Shown in pieces: positions 28,692-43,600 of a stretch of DNA of 64,000 nt. The notes under the pieces are model-generated. The model did not search any database. It was not told where the DNA came from and saw only the letters and a program-made list of their open reading frames with translations. Position 1 is the first letter of the stretch. Each line of letters begins with the position of its first letter. The stretch is from contig OZ210885.1 in NCBI GenBank assembly GCA_964658305.1, forward strand, positions 10,602,001 to 10,666,000. Direction: 5' to 3'. The stretch is from Leptogorgia sarmentosa. Lineage: Eukaryota. The position numbers and the translations under genes are program-made.

Positions 28692-31600
28692 TAATGACCT
28701 TGGATTTTGCAATCTTAAAGATTGAAATACATCGTGAAAAAACATTTGACGCCATCTTATTGTAAACTTATTGTAAACTTATACGATAAGTTTACAATAA
28801 GATGGTGTCAAATGCTTTTTCACGAGGTGCCTATAACTTTTGCACAGTACTGTATATCAACTTCATTCAAACCTGTATGATGACGGTTTCAGGTCAACGT
28901 ACTCATAACCCATGATAGATAATAATTGAAGTATATGAATATGTGACCAGTGTAGGTAGCAGATGGCAACATGAACAACAAATAAAGGTCTACTCAATAC
29001 ATATAAGGGATATACAAATGGATTTGACGTATCCCGCAAAAGGCCCTCGGCGGGAATTAGTGTAACACACTATTCGATCCCACCGAAGGGCCTCTGCTCG
29101 AAACGTAAAATCTGTTTATATTATTTAGGTGGAGCGTAGACTCTTTGCTGCCTGTTAATAAAGCCACTACCAACACAACTGAGTATTTTAAATACAACTT
29201 TTATTTGTATTGTATGTAGTTAGATCATCTGGAAGCAGATTAACCCGATCGTAAAATACCCCCATTACTAAAATCCCCACCATGCAATTTGTCATCTATA
29301 CGGGAAAGACACTTACAGTACTATCTATTTTGTGTTGCTGGAAGACCCAGCAACAACTTACTGAATGCTGAAGTTCTGTCATGTACGAGTTTACATATTC
29401 GTGATGCGACACAAGATATATATTGTTCAAAATCGGTATCTATAGATATGTCTAATTGACATTTGATATAGTCCAATAAATATGAGGCTCGGAAATAATC
29501 ATGTATATAATAGATGACTAGAAGGGGCAAGAATCGTGGAAAAATTCATTTTGGGCAACGCATGCGTAAATAGTAATACCTGTGATCAACTGGTGAAAGA
29601 AATCAAATTTCAACTCCCCCCGCTCGTGTAGTGGAGGGGAGGTCTCATGCAGTAACAATTTATAACGTTCCTGTAACGGGATGGTTGTTCACATGTTAGA
29701 TAGCGCCATCCACTGAATAACTACATTAGTGAACACACCAATTCCTGAGGAAGGACGTTTCATCGAAACGTTAAATCTGTTTCTATCGTTTAGGTAGTGA
29801 TCAACACCGTTGCTCTTTGTTGAATTTCCTAAAACAACCCGTTAAAACTCTGACGCGAATAATACTTAAATATTTTGAAGTTGAATATTCTTTTTTATCA
29901 ATTGCCTGCTCCGTATCTGCGATTTTATACCTTCCCGAGCATTTTAACAACGGTTGAAATATTTGCTAACAAGTATCTAGCCCTATCTGACTTTTCCACA
30001 ATTGGCCACCGTTCCATGGCGGTTCCATTATTAGTCTAACAAACACTCCAATAGACTCCTGAACTCAAGCAAACGAGGAAAACTTTCTGCAGTAGCTTTA
30101 TTCACGAGGTTGTATACATGCAGTTAAACTGTTGAATGCATAAATAAAGTATGAAGACATAAATTGAACAAAATCATTAAAAAGATTGTGTTACTGAGGG
30201 TAATGTGCTTTCCAGCCTATATAGCCACTGATCTCCTACTACCGGATTTATCATCCTTTTGGATTCAGTCTGGAATTTTGAAGTTAGAAAATTTCTAATG
30301 AGATAAGATTCTAAAATGAGTGACATTGATCGCAGTTTCCATTAATGGTATCGCAACATTCATGGTCGGATTATAAAGAAAATGTCTTTGCAGTTTAAGA
30401 CATACACAGAGCTGGTCATAACTTTTCTAGTTCTTTCTAGAACGTTTTAACAGCTTTGTAAAGAATCACACAGCGTACATCTTCGTGTGACCTCATTAGT
30501 TATTCACGGGCAAATTTAAAAGGTAAAAGACACAATTTTTGGAGGAAATTTATTCAGGCAATGTTTAATAAATATTTCAAGTAATAACCTAAAACTGTAG
30601 GAACTTCAAAAGCACCACAGTGGATTTTAGATGGTGTCAGCAATATGGGCACATTTGGTTCATTTATGCATTCCCGAAGCTTTGTCCAGTCATATTCTAG
30701 GTCTGTTCTTAATACGTATATCTCGGAAATTAAAACGTAAAACCTAATCTAGAACGTATTAACTAATTTGTTGTGCTCTATCCCAATCCTTAAAAACTGC
30801 ATAACTTCTGGTTTATAATCGCTTTAAGTAGCACGCATAATATAACTAATTAAACCTATTTACAAAGTCATTCATGTGCGTGTTAGTTATTATATTCATA
30901 ATTAGTTTTGCTAAAATCAATGTAGTCACAAGTTTAAAGCGTTTTTTGCGTACCACACAGAAAAACTTTTCCTTTTATTTTCAAGGTGTGGAATTTGTCT
31001 GATGGCAGTGTGATCAATGGAATTGATAGCGATGGCACACCTGAGATTGTTCGCTTTAGTTCTGATGGGTTGCAAGTCATAATTGGATGCAAAGATTACC
31101 ATGTGTTCATCTGGGACTGGCAAAAGCCTGATGCGTCTTTGAAAGACGTCATTTTACCCGCGTCCTTTACAGTGGAAATAGCACGCGATCGCAACATGAT
31201 TTACACATGCAGCCGGGATATGCATACTTGTGAAATAAATCTCGACTCACTACAAGTATCGACTGTTCGTCAAGGGTCGAGCGTCCCACCAGTAATATCA
31301 CCCGACGGCAAAATAGTATCATTTGGGTCGCTTCAGAATAATGTGTTTTTCCACGGGAAACTGTCAACAAATAGTTTGGTCGAGCATAATGCAGGTGGGT
31401 AAATGGAGGAATATTTGAAACTTCTAAATACTTTTAAGTCATTGTTGCGACTACAGGGTATTGTACTATCTTTATACACGCAAAATTTATGTTTGTGAAA
31501 TATCCGTTTTAGTTGACAATATATTTCTCCGAAAAAAACAGTGCATTCAAATTACTATTGGATTCGATTTAAGAAATCGTCATGGCTTCACGTGCTATTT

Positions 31601-34600
31601 TCTGATTAAGAACAATACAATGAAAACGGTTTCATCGCGAGTATCTACAAGCTGATATGCATTATTTAGGTCGTGTTGCATGTAGAGAAAGAATACCAAC
31701 ACTACAAGATTGCTGTGGTATATAGAAATCCTATAGGATTTGCAGTACATCGTTGCTGCGGTGAATGTAAATCTCAATGCATTTTTAGCTGATCAAGAAT
31801 TTTTTCCCGTCATCCTTTTCAATTTATTTGCATTATACTGTATGTTATGTATATTTAATTTTGACCTTATCAAGATTAGTTCAGTTATCTCACTGTTTGG
31901 AAAGTGCTATAAAGGACCCCAACTACGAGCCCCAATTCTGTAATTCCAGTCATTTTTGACGCCAATATTGTATTTCCTGGGTCATCCTGCTGTTAAAAAT
32001 GCGGGATCCAGTTAAAAATAAATTAACCATTCGACTGTCAGTGATGAGTTTGATCGTCTATGATTTCCATTATCGCGCAACTTACCTTAATCCTTAAACT
32101 GCATTGTTCGTAAAACTGTATGATGACGATCTGCTACTGAAAACAATGCGATCTTGGAAAAAAAAAGAAAAAACGTAATTGTATGTAATTTGTCCCATTT
32201 GTTAATGATCTGGGTGTAACAGTGTGTATTTGTCTGAACCTGCTCGGCATGCAATAATTCACGACAAAACCAAGTATATAAAGATTTTATAGCTATAATG
32301 ACAAGATGGACTATTAGGACAGATTTTATATAAATTGGCTCCAATCCTATGTTAAGAAGTATTTCTTATTCCATGATATTATTTTCATTGAATATAAACA
32401 TCTCAAACAAGGTTATAAATGCAAAACAATCCGGTTAACAATTGACGTGCAGTTGTCTTGGAAAAATAAAACTGAAACTATTTGCCAAAAGGTAACAGCG
32501 TGAATCACTGCCGGCTAACCGTTTCTTTACCACAATATCCTTATTTTGATATATAACGCTATTGTTAGTCCGCACCATAGCCAGAATTCGCGGACATTTC
32601 AGCCCGCGCTATCTTCCCAGCGGCTGTACGAACAATGTCCTCAGAATTCATCAATACCCCTCGATATCCCTCAGCGTTTTCTCATCAAAATAAAAATAGC
32701 AAAAACAGCTGGTACTGAGAAACATAGTCCAACTGTCGAAACCATCTAAATCATCCGACTTGTTTCAACACGTATCTCTCCTCGTGAGGGGTCTCAGCCA
32801 TTCTGAATTTAAATTTTCACGCGTTGCTTTTTGGCAAAGCGCGTTTGCTGATGAATAGAGTCTCGGACTCACTACATATCTATAGGAAAAGGCTGCACCT
32901 CGAGAAAAATTCTTTCTCGCTCCACATTTTGGTACCAAACACGGCATATTATGCATTTTACTCTTGGGACATATTGGTGAACGATAAACTTCAGTTCAAT
33001 ACTAAACGTACACGACTGTTCCGATAACACAGTGGACTTTATTGATTTTGTAACATGAAAAAGCAGAGTGGCTATAGATCGCCAAAACATCCAAGATGAT
33101 GAAACGAATACAAAAGCCACTCGTTTATGCTAAAAGATTTCAACAATGATCGATTGGTGTCTAAGTATCGTGAAATTTGAATTTCAAGATTATAATTATT
33201 TTTCCGAAAAAATATGTTGTTCCCCCATCAAAATTATAAGTTAATTTCTTTGAATATTACTCGCAAAAACCGGAGCCCGGCGTAAAAGTTTATGGTAATT
33301 TGTGTTATTCACTGACTTGCTGTACTTATAAAATATTAATTGATATACTTGACAACTTCAAATGACTTTAAACGTTTTACTTCTTTCAGGTCACCCTGAC
33401 GACTCGATAGTTACAGCAATTGACATCACATCAAATGGGAAATTTGCTTTGTCTGGAAGCAGTTCAGGAACATTGTCACTGGTCGACGTAGAGTGTTCTA
33501 AAATAGTTCAACCCTTCTTCGCAAAGATCGAATCTGGAGTCGCCATACGTTTTGTCTGCGTATTAAGTGATGATGTCCGTTTCGTTTTTGTTGACGAAGC
33601 AAACAGGATCGAACTAAGAACTTTTAATGATACCGAGGCCAGCATTGATTTGGGTCAACCAGAAGTTAAAGTCACTTGCATTACTGCTCTTGGGTCAAAC
33701 TACGCATTGCTTGGTTGTGATGACGGAGAACTGTTATTGTTCCAATTTAACAATAACTCGCAGTTGAAGTTCCCAGCACACGAGGATGCCATTTCTCAAG
33801 TTAGAGGCGAGCTAGGAGGTCATGATCGTTCACGTCGCTTTGCATCGGGGTGTATCGGTGGGTCTGTGAAGCTTTGGAATGTTGAAGAAAACTTACTGAC
33901 GTTAATATGGTCACATGACACCATTCGTTCTCATTCCATTACCGCGTTAGAATTCGTGCCCTGCTCGGATGATATCATAATTGCTTCTGACGACGAGGTA
34001 TGTATATCATTTCCCAAACGAGATTGTCAAACGTTATTTTTAGGGCTTAATACTTGTTGTAGGTAGAGCTGCAATTGAAATTTCATGATGTGAAACAGCA
34101 CATGCACATACACATTATGAAGCGTTTCTAGAATTATTGCAAATTAACTTCGTCCCAATCTTCATTTTGAAAATTGGGAGGCCAATTCGGAAAAAATCCC
34201 CATTGTTCACACCATATCTGGAATAGTTTTGAATAGTTTTTTTTCTTGCTGGATGTTTGTTTCATTACCAGAAATGTGCGAGACGCAATAACCCGAAGCT
34301 ATAATTAAGAAACCGAATTTTAATTTGCAATATTAAAGTGTATATGAAATGAAAATTTCGTAAAAATTTTTCTTACATAATCTGAAAATTTCATCTTTTG
34401 CGAGCGTATTAATACCAATCTTGTTGAAAACTTCGAACTAGAAGTTTGCGAATTTTATGTTCAAAGTTGGGCTGTGAGACATGTTACCTGATGAAATTCC
34501 TGCGCGGCCAAAAGGTCGTTATGACGTATGCAGTGTGACACAGTGCGCTTTTCCTATATGTAAATACTACAAACAATGCTACCTCAACTGCGTTAAACTT

Positions 34601-37600
34601 GGATTTTCTTATAATTGAAGAAAATTCAGACAAATATGTGTTGAGTATATGCGATTCTATGGCTCAAGTAACGATAAGAATACGACAAGTCATGTAAATG
34701 GGCTGCAGAAATACGAAAGCAATCGTGGGTTGCGCTTATACAGATCAACATTATTTACGCTGTTGAGGTCTTATTTGTGGCTTATGGTGAATATTTTTGA
34801 TAAAAAAGGGTTATTCCAGACAACTGGATACAATTAAGATTTATGCAGTCCGTGTACTAGACTGAAGAGCCAAAACAAAATCAAAGTAAACGAAAAGTAT
34901 ACCGGAACGTAATATACCATATATACACCTAGGAAATATGAGTACCTCAGTTTGCCGCACGACATATCATTTGTGTTATGATTTCATCCATTTGCGGTTC
35001 CTTTGCCGCTGGAATACAAAAAGGGCAGTTGCCAATGGAACACGGCCGGTCCGCGAAACGATTAACCAAGCTGGTACATTGTCTATCTTTATTAAAATTC
35101 AGAATGCAGGTAATACCAGAATAATCTGAACAATAGAATACAACCCTGATAGAATACAAGTCTTGGAATCGCACGTTTTGCTTTTTTGTTCAAGATAATT
35201 TCTCCTGTCTTATCAGGTATAAAAGCCTTTGGCCTGCACTGACTGCAGTCAGCTGTATTTTATACATTGTTCGTATCTGCTGGGTCCGTCATGAGACGAT
35301 ATACCCATTACGTATAATTTTTGGCCATGCATTCAAAAATCAAGAATCTCTTTAAGTCTCTTTATAGCATTACTTTCTCACTTCAAAGGTTATTCCGCAA
35401 AATATAGACCACCAATCCCGTCGGTTTTGTTGTGGGTTTGTCTACCTTATAGTTTTAATACCGCAACTGGCTCTACCTGTATATTGTACAACAGACGATG
35501 GTTTAACAACGTCCCTGTTATTTGTTGCTTGTTCTGTATCTCTCTGAGATTAAAATCTTCCATTACTGAACACGTTTCGCATTTAGAAGAAGAAATATAC
35601 AAGCTAATGTCTTGTGATCGGTGAATTTTGTTGGTATTTATTATACGTCTTACCACGGTGTGTCACACTGCATACGTCACAAGGCCGGGATTTTCGATAC
35701 CAGTCCATCTTCAGGTAAAATGTCTTATAGCCCAACGTTGAACGTAAAATTTACAAACTTCTCGTTCGAAATTTTCTACAAGATTGGTATCAAAATGCTC
35801 GGGAAAGATGGAATTTTCAGATCATGATGATGAAGAAGATGCCAAGAAGACGGTAAAACCTTTAAAATTAAACTATGCGAAGACAGTTCTTATTACAATA
35901 TATATTTGCGAATAACATGAGCTAGAAATAGAGTGATCAGGTTAAAACAAATTTCTCATTATACATTAGTTAATAATTATCACTTATTTACTGAGACGGA
36001 GGGAAACATTGTGTTTTGTGGCCCCGAGACCGCCGTTGTTGCCCGAGGCGAAGCCGAGGGCAACAATGGCGGTCGAGGGGCCACAAAACACAATGTTTCG
36101 CGAGGTTTCAGTAAATAAGTGTTTTGTTATATAGTTTAGTGTCAAAATATGAATGAATTCACCGGTTTAATACTGGAGTGAACCAGTGGAGTGACCTTTG
36201 AAACAAAAAAACAGACATTAAATGGGACGCCTTACGCTATCAAAACATCGTAAAAATTTTAAAACATCGTACGATTGAATGAACTTTGGACTTCACGGTT
36301 AACGCGCATGCGCATTGTGCCCATTTAATTGTTGCCCGATCAATAATTTTTTGAATTTTGACCGGTTGGCGAACATGACGTTTTGTGGACCGGCACGTGA
36401 TACGGTTTTGTCCAATCAACAAACAGGAAAATTGAACTTTGACACCAACTATATAACAATGGTCGTTATAAATAACATTTTCTACGGAAAAAAAGCTTCT
36501 ATGTCAGGGCATACACCGAACAAATTTCGAGATGCGAAGGCACCACAACTTCTTTTTCCCACCATCATGCGCTTTTTGTATAAAATACATTTTCAGAACA
36601 GTAAAATAACTTCGTAAATTGGCGAGGTTTTGCTCGATTCTATTCGCAAAGGTTGTTTCCTACTTAACAATTAATCACCTACGATGATATAAAATAGAAA
36701 TTCCATTGTCATGATCGTGCAATTGAACCGTGCAAATATTTCTTTCCATTGCACGGTGGTTTTAATTATTTTCAATCACTCAAAATGTTATTTTCGCACG
36801 CATTTAAAGGCGAATCCATGAACGTGGCGCGACCATGTAACGATGGAATTTTATTTAGTAAACTAACAAAACAAAATGGCCGGTATTTCCGGTCAATGAT
36901 TTATTTTGGTGTCATGTAAAACAAATAATGAATGTTCATTTCGTGCAATGGTAAGAAGAATATTTTCATTCGGTGAAAAATGGAATGTTCTATTCAACTC
37001 GGCGAAATTCTTACCATTACTATTACTGATAGTATAGTATACAAATAATGAATGTTTATGAGTGCAATGGTAAGAATATTTTCTTGAGGTGAAAGATGGA
37101 ATGTTCTATTCAACGAGGCGAAGCCGAGAGTTGAATGGAACATTCCATCTTTCACCGAATGAAAATATTCTTACCATTGCACGAATCAAAACAATCATTA
37201 TTTGACTTACACAGGGTGTATCAGAAAAAAGTTTACTGATGAAAAATATTCTCTAAACTAACGAGCGCTCAAAATTTCCAAAAACTTTCGGTCAGCATGG
37301 GTAGTTTAGCACCCTCTGGTATATCTAGCACTAAGTTTATTTTAAAAACAAACTTTTTTAGAATGGGAAACGTGGTTACTGAAAGGCCCATTAAAAACGG
37401 CTTGCGCCGAAAAAATAAGTTTTGTTCAGACAAATTGATTTAATCGCATGAAAATATGGAGTATGATATACAAGCTATTCAAGTTTTGAGAAATTTGGTG
37501 CACGCTGAGACGAACGTGCGATGTCCGAAAACTGGATTTTCCGCAATTTCTTCGCGTAATTACGGACCTTTGGGAATTAGCTTGCAATTTGCATTGGTAA

Positions 37601-40600
37601 TTAATGCAAATATCCAATTATGCATAAATTAATCGGTAATCACGCAGGAAAGAACGCAAAATCCAGTTTTCGGACATCGCACGTTCGTCTCAGCGTGCAC
37701 TAAATTTCTCAAAACTTGAATAGCTTGTATATCATACTCCATAATTTCATCCGATTAAATCAAATTGTGTGAAGAAAACTTTTTTTTCCGCGCAAGCCGT
37801 TTTTAATGGGCCTTTCAGTAACCACATTTCCAATTCTAAAAAAGTTTGTTTGTAAAATAAACTTAGTGGTAGATATACCAGAGGGTGTTAAACTACCCAG
37901 GTTAACCAAAAGTTTTTGGAAATTTTGAGCGCTCGTTAGTTTAGAGAATGTTTTTCATCAGTAAACTTTTTTTGATACACCCTGTATAATACCAAAATAA
38001 CAAAAGGTTTTTAGCAAGCTGCTGCCATTTTGGTGTATTTTGACAACATAAATCGCATTTACCTGATCGAGAATTGCGTGTAAATAAACTGCGATCACTG
38101 TCCGAAGAGCGTTTTGAAGAATGGATAGATGATTTCACTTCGTGTCATCGTATTGCGAAAAAATGTATCTTGCCCAGGCTTTTTAAAAACTCGGATACAT
38201 TACATTGCGTGATTATTTTGACTTCGTATCATCGTATCATGTCACTGCTTCAAAAGTGGACGGGTATTCTATAACCCTCCCGGGATTTTAAAGTTTGAGC
38301 GCTACGGCAGCACCATCCTTGCGATAGTAACTCCTAGTTAGCACGCATATTGGTGTAACTGAGCTAAAAACATATTGATGGATTTTGGCGTTATCACTGC
38401 GCCATTCGCGATTGGTTTTGCCGAAGGTCTTCGCTAGCGGCCACTGCTCAATTTTAAGTTTAATCCCCCTTCTTTATGTAAAGATTTTACTAATTTAGCT
38501 GCATGTTTTATGCGGCCGTAGTTTTCGATTCTTGGTACATCTGGAACCCAATTTATTTTAAAATCTAAGGCACGTTAATTAAAAATGGCTCTCACAAAAA
38601 AAAACGAAGATAATTGATGCGATTTGATTCAATCGGGTCGATATACGGAAAATAGGTTATATTATCGAGCTTCGAGAAATTTGGTACACGCTGATATTAG
38701 CCGGAGATGTCCGAAGACTTTTCAGCTGTTTCCTGAGTGATGAACAATTAATTTTATGCACGCTCGGATGTTTGCGTAAATTTCAACACAAAATTTGCAA
38801 TCCAATTCTCAAAGGTCCCTATGAAGAGAAGACACGCTTAAATGAATGCAAGAAAGAGTTTTGATTATGGATACAAAGTTTCCTAGAACAAAGACTGGCG
38901 CAATTAAGTGAAAATAAATGACAGTCAATCATCCAAAATATCTTGCCCACCAGAAGTCATATACTCAACTTTGAATTCCAATTTTGCTCCATGGCATGGA
39001 TTGAAAATGTTTATTTTCTGATGAATGTAATTTCCATTTAAGTTATTTGCCTGTTTGATTCCTGATAAGCCTAAATAGAAGGTATAGAGTGTAGATGTTT
39101 AGTACAACATGCAAGATCAAGATCTGTTGAAATTGCTCGAATGTCTATACTTGGGAAAATACTAAATTCAGGATTTAGTATTGTCAGAATTCTCATGCGT
39201 GTATTTTATTTCATGATGACGAATTATATTAATTAACTGTTCACTTATAATTGTTCACATGTAACCTTCATTGCATGGGTAGCAACTTTACCCGGTGCGT
39301 AATAAGGATTTTTTAGCAAGGGCATAACAGACATCAACATTGTGAATAGAGTTGATTTTCATGTTCGTATTGATTTTAGTCAATTACGTTGACGCTGATT
39401 GGCCCAACGTTAAAAATTGGGAAAACAACCTTGTAAAACAACGTTAACATTTTTGGTTTTCTTAATTTTTGTTTGACTTTGTTTGCGCACTGTGTAACTG
39501 TGTGATATACAAGTGACGCTATTAGTAAATTACATTTGCTCGCAAAGTATTCATGAAAAATTACACTCGTGTTTGGCAAAATTGCACTCGTTTTCCGCGC
39601 ATATGGCAATAATTTAGCAAGAATTGTTCTAATAAACGTGAATGATGAAATTTACATTTGCATTGTAATTACGAAACCCAACACTTCATTTAGGTTTACA
39701 CACATAAAGGACAGTTTACTTGATAGATCGTCCGTAAATTTACTGTTAAAAACTGAGGGGATAACACATCCATCCCCTCAGCCGAAAAAGTAGGTCACAT
39801 GTTTCATCCGATCCCCCTCCCCCCCTGCATGATTTACCCCCTTGCCTTGATTCACTCAAAATACCTATATTATGTAAAATAAATTCAAGATTTTCGATTC
39901 TGAAAATTACGCTTTCGAATCGGAATCACGAATTCGAAATACATAATAATAAGCATTTATAACTTAATAACGTTTTGTGAATTGGTGAGAAAATATTTAA
40001 TGGCAGGACGTAATATTGAGCAGTTTTTTGATAATTTTGACAGATTCATCAGGTAAATACAAATGGAGTCGTGCATAGTTACGAATACTTCTACATGGGG
40101 AGAATCCAAACAATTCGCGTGGTCCACAACTCTCTTTTTTGTGCTCATAAGAAGGCATATCGTACTGAAGCTGAAGAGAAAATCACAAAGTGGAACTTGA
40201 ACGGCACCGGGAGCGAAAGCAGCAGTATTTTCTATACCGAGAAAGTTTTAAGAATTAACAATTCTGGCAACCTGGTGGCTATATTAGGTATATAATTTCA
40301 TTGTTATTATTTTATTTTCTTCTCTCAATTGCACGAGTTGTGATCGGGTAATTCATCAGTTTCATCGAGTATAAGCGGAAGTTTCGAGTGAATAACATTG
40401 GAAAACTAGAAGAAAAACATTAGCATAGCCTTAGGGGCCGATTACATGGAGGATTTTCAACCCCGGGGGTTAAGTCAGCCCTGTTGACAGGGCTGAAAAT
40501 TCATCCCTGCCTCCATTGTAAACCCCCATTAAAAATTCACGCGATTACATGAGAAAAGTTTCAACCCAAGGCCGAGTTCAAACCCGGGGTTGAAATTTCA

Positions 40601-43600
40601 TCCTATTTTGGCATACCTGGGATAAAACTTCAGCCCTGGATTAAAATTACACCCGCGGTTGAAATTTTGCCATCTTTCAGCCCTGGGTTAAAATTGTGTG
40701 AGCATGCGTAGTAGCGCTAAGGCTGTCCACAAGATGCTCAGCAACTTTGGAGCAACTTCTACGATTTCAGGCAACTTTTCAAATTTCAGGCAACTTTTTT
40801 CTTTCGAGCAACTTCTTTTATTTTGAGGCAATAATCTAGTACATAATGAAAAAAACCAGCTGAAAACACAAGTTTACTGTTTACAGGTTCAATTTTCTTT
40901 TCCCCTTTTGGTATTTTTGCATAATAAATATTTTAAAGTTTAAACTGCCACGATCAAAATCCAAAAAATAATGGTAGGCATGTTTTACTTCATCTTGCAA
41001 GCATATAGTGGATCCAACCATAACACAACCTAACCCTAACCAACCCTTATTTCCCCATCTTACCCTGGATCCAATTCAACCTTGCAAGACGAAGTACTTA
41101 CCCAATAATACAATGGCGGACAATGACACTTTACCAAGCTCGAGCAGTGACTCTGAGGAAAATCCAGAAGAAAATCAGTCAACCGAAGAAAATCCTTTAG
41201 AGACAGCAGCTGCAGCGGGTGCCAGACTGAGTACACCAGATAAGGCTGACATTTCCCGTAAAAGAAAAGTACAAACCAACCCCACTGGAAAGAAAAATGT
41301 CCGTGGCACTGTCGGTCCAAATGTGTCTGCTTGGGAGCGACTGAAGGAGTTTAAAGACGACTATCTCACCGTGGAATCGGGTAAGCTGAGATGTGATGCA
41401 TGCAAAGAAACGATTTCTAAAAAGAAGAGCTCTGTGCAGAAGCACATTAAATCGCAAAAGCATATCAAATCAAAGGATATCATGAGGAAAAGCAAAATGA
41501 AAGATCAGAGCATCGTTGATCTCATGGCAAGAAACAGTAGAGCAAAAGGATCTACATTACCCGAAGATATGAGACTCTATCGATATGAGCTTGTGGAAAC
41601 TCTTCTAAAGGCGGGAATTCCACTTTCAAAAGCTGACGTGATGAGACCATTTCTCGAAAAACATGGGCATCGATTGACATCCCGCTCACATTTGGCTGAA
41701 TTTATTCCTTTGATTCTTAAGAAAGAGAAAGACACTGTTAAAGCTGAAATTGCTGCAAATGATAATTTTTCTGTAATTTTTGATGGCAGCACTAGGCTAG
41801 GGGAAGCGTTGGCTATTGTCGTGCGTTTTATTGACCAATGGAAAATCAAGCAAAGACTTGTTACATTAGAAGTTCTATCAAAGAGCCTTAATGCAGAACA
41901 ACTTGCACAGCGCTTAATCCAATGTCTGGCTGTTGAGTATGCAATTAAACCGAATCAACTTCTCGCAGCAATCAGAGATGGTGCAGCGGTTAACGGGGCC
42001 GGGTTGCGTCAAGTTAATTTTTACTTCCCCAACATTTTTGATGTGACATGTTTCTCTCACACAATTGATAACGTTGGTGAACACTTTCAATTTACAGTTC
42101 TAGAGACATTTTCAAGGTACTGGAACACAATGTTTTCTCTTAGTCCAGCTGCCAGGTTACTATGGAAGACTAGAACAGGCACAGCAATGCTCCGTAAGTC
42201 GAATACTCGATGGTGGAGTCTTTGGGAAGTACTCAATCAGGTAGTGGAGTATTTTGGAGATGTGGAGCCTTTTCTAAGAGAAAATGATGTTTCTCCCGCA
42301 TGTCGAACGAGGCTATTAGAATTGTTTGATGACCCAGTCAGTGTTCGTGACTTAGAACTTGAACTTGCAGCAATTATTGATGCTGGGAAGCACTTTGTTT
42401 CAGCGACATACTACTTTGAAGGGGATGGGCCTTTAGTGTTTAGCTGCTATGAGCATTTGGCAGCTTTGGCTCATGCAATAGCCATCGATTCTTATCCAAA
42501 CACTGAAGCAAAAGCTCGACAGTATGCTGCTGGAAATGTGCCATTATACAATCAACTAATTGCACAAGCAAAGGCTTGCATTACCCCAGGATTTAGATTC
42601 TACCAACAAAAGTTCAGCAGGGAATTTCATGCCACAGTCCGTGCATTCAAAGCTGCTCGATTATGCTGTCCAATGAAAGTGCAAGAACTGCACCCAGATG
42701 TAGCTTCGGTTCAGGAACTAAAGCAATTTGGATTTTTCACTGATGCTGCAATTGCCCAGCTTGTCGACGAACTTCCAAAGTATCTGGCCATTGCAGAAGG
42801 TGTAGAGATTGAAACGGAGGAAGGGAAAGTGAAGTGGTGGTCTGTTCATGAGAAGGCTCTTCCTAGCTGGTCAACAGCAGTTAAGAAGATTTTATTAGTC
42901 CAACCTAGTTCTGCTTCAGCTGAGCGGGTGTTCAGTTTGCTTCAGAATTCATTCAACAAACAGCAAGATGCTGCGCTGGAAGAAACTGTTGAGGTCTCAG
43001 TCATGCTAAGATATAACAAGCGAGATGACTAATACATGCTCGCGAAAAGAACAGAGCAAACAGTATATTTTTGTTGTGACTAATTGTTGTGTTACTTGTT
43101 TTAGCAAGTTGAAAGCTTAAGCATCATAAACAGTGACCAATTGGAAATTGTTGTTAATGTATTTAGGCAAAGTCGTGTGGTAATATTTGAAAACCAACAA
43201 TAAAATATGGAGCAACTTTTGAGCAACTCTTAGATTTTTTTAGCAACTTTTGGGCAACTTTCTGGGAAATTTTCAGCAACTTCTTAAAAAATTTGGAGCA
43301 TCTTGTGGACAGCCTTAAGTAGCGCATATTTATGAATTCAAGTGAGTGTCACGTGCAGGCATTTTCAACCCCTGTCAACAGGGCTGACTTAAACCCCGGG
43401 GTTGAAAATGCTCCATGTTATCGGCCCCTAACTCTTCAACATTCCGTTCGCGCACTTGTTGCCGCTGCTACTGCACAAATTGAATTGTCGTCGTGAACTC
43501 CAACGCCCACGATAACTCCACCAAACGATTTATTAAATGATTTATCGCTACAGTGATGCAAAGCATCACCGGGCGAGACTTGAGGCCATTCATTATATCA

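Larger units (their letters stand above)
40434..43428. mobile_element. PIF/Harbinger-like MITE split by hAT transposon 1
   Basis: Long imperfect TIR GGGGCCGATTACATGGAG...TTTTCAACCCCGGGG; flanks TTA and TAA. Confidence 0.75.

Noticed and set aside
34332..35400. Kolobok-like element starting TTAA-AGTGTATATG
   Set aside because: No matching right TIR or TSD could be identified.
41008..41112. N-terminal extension from a GTG start, and telomere-like CCTAACCCTAACC
   Set aside because: The first ATG is at 41113; two hexamers are too few to call a telomeric repeat.
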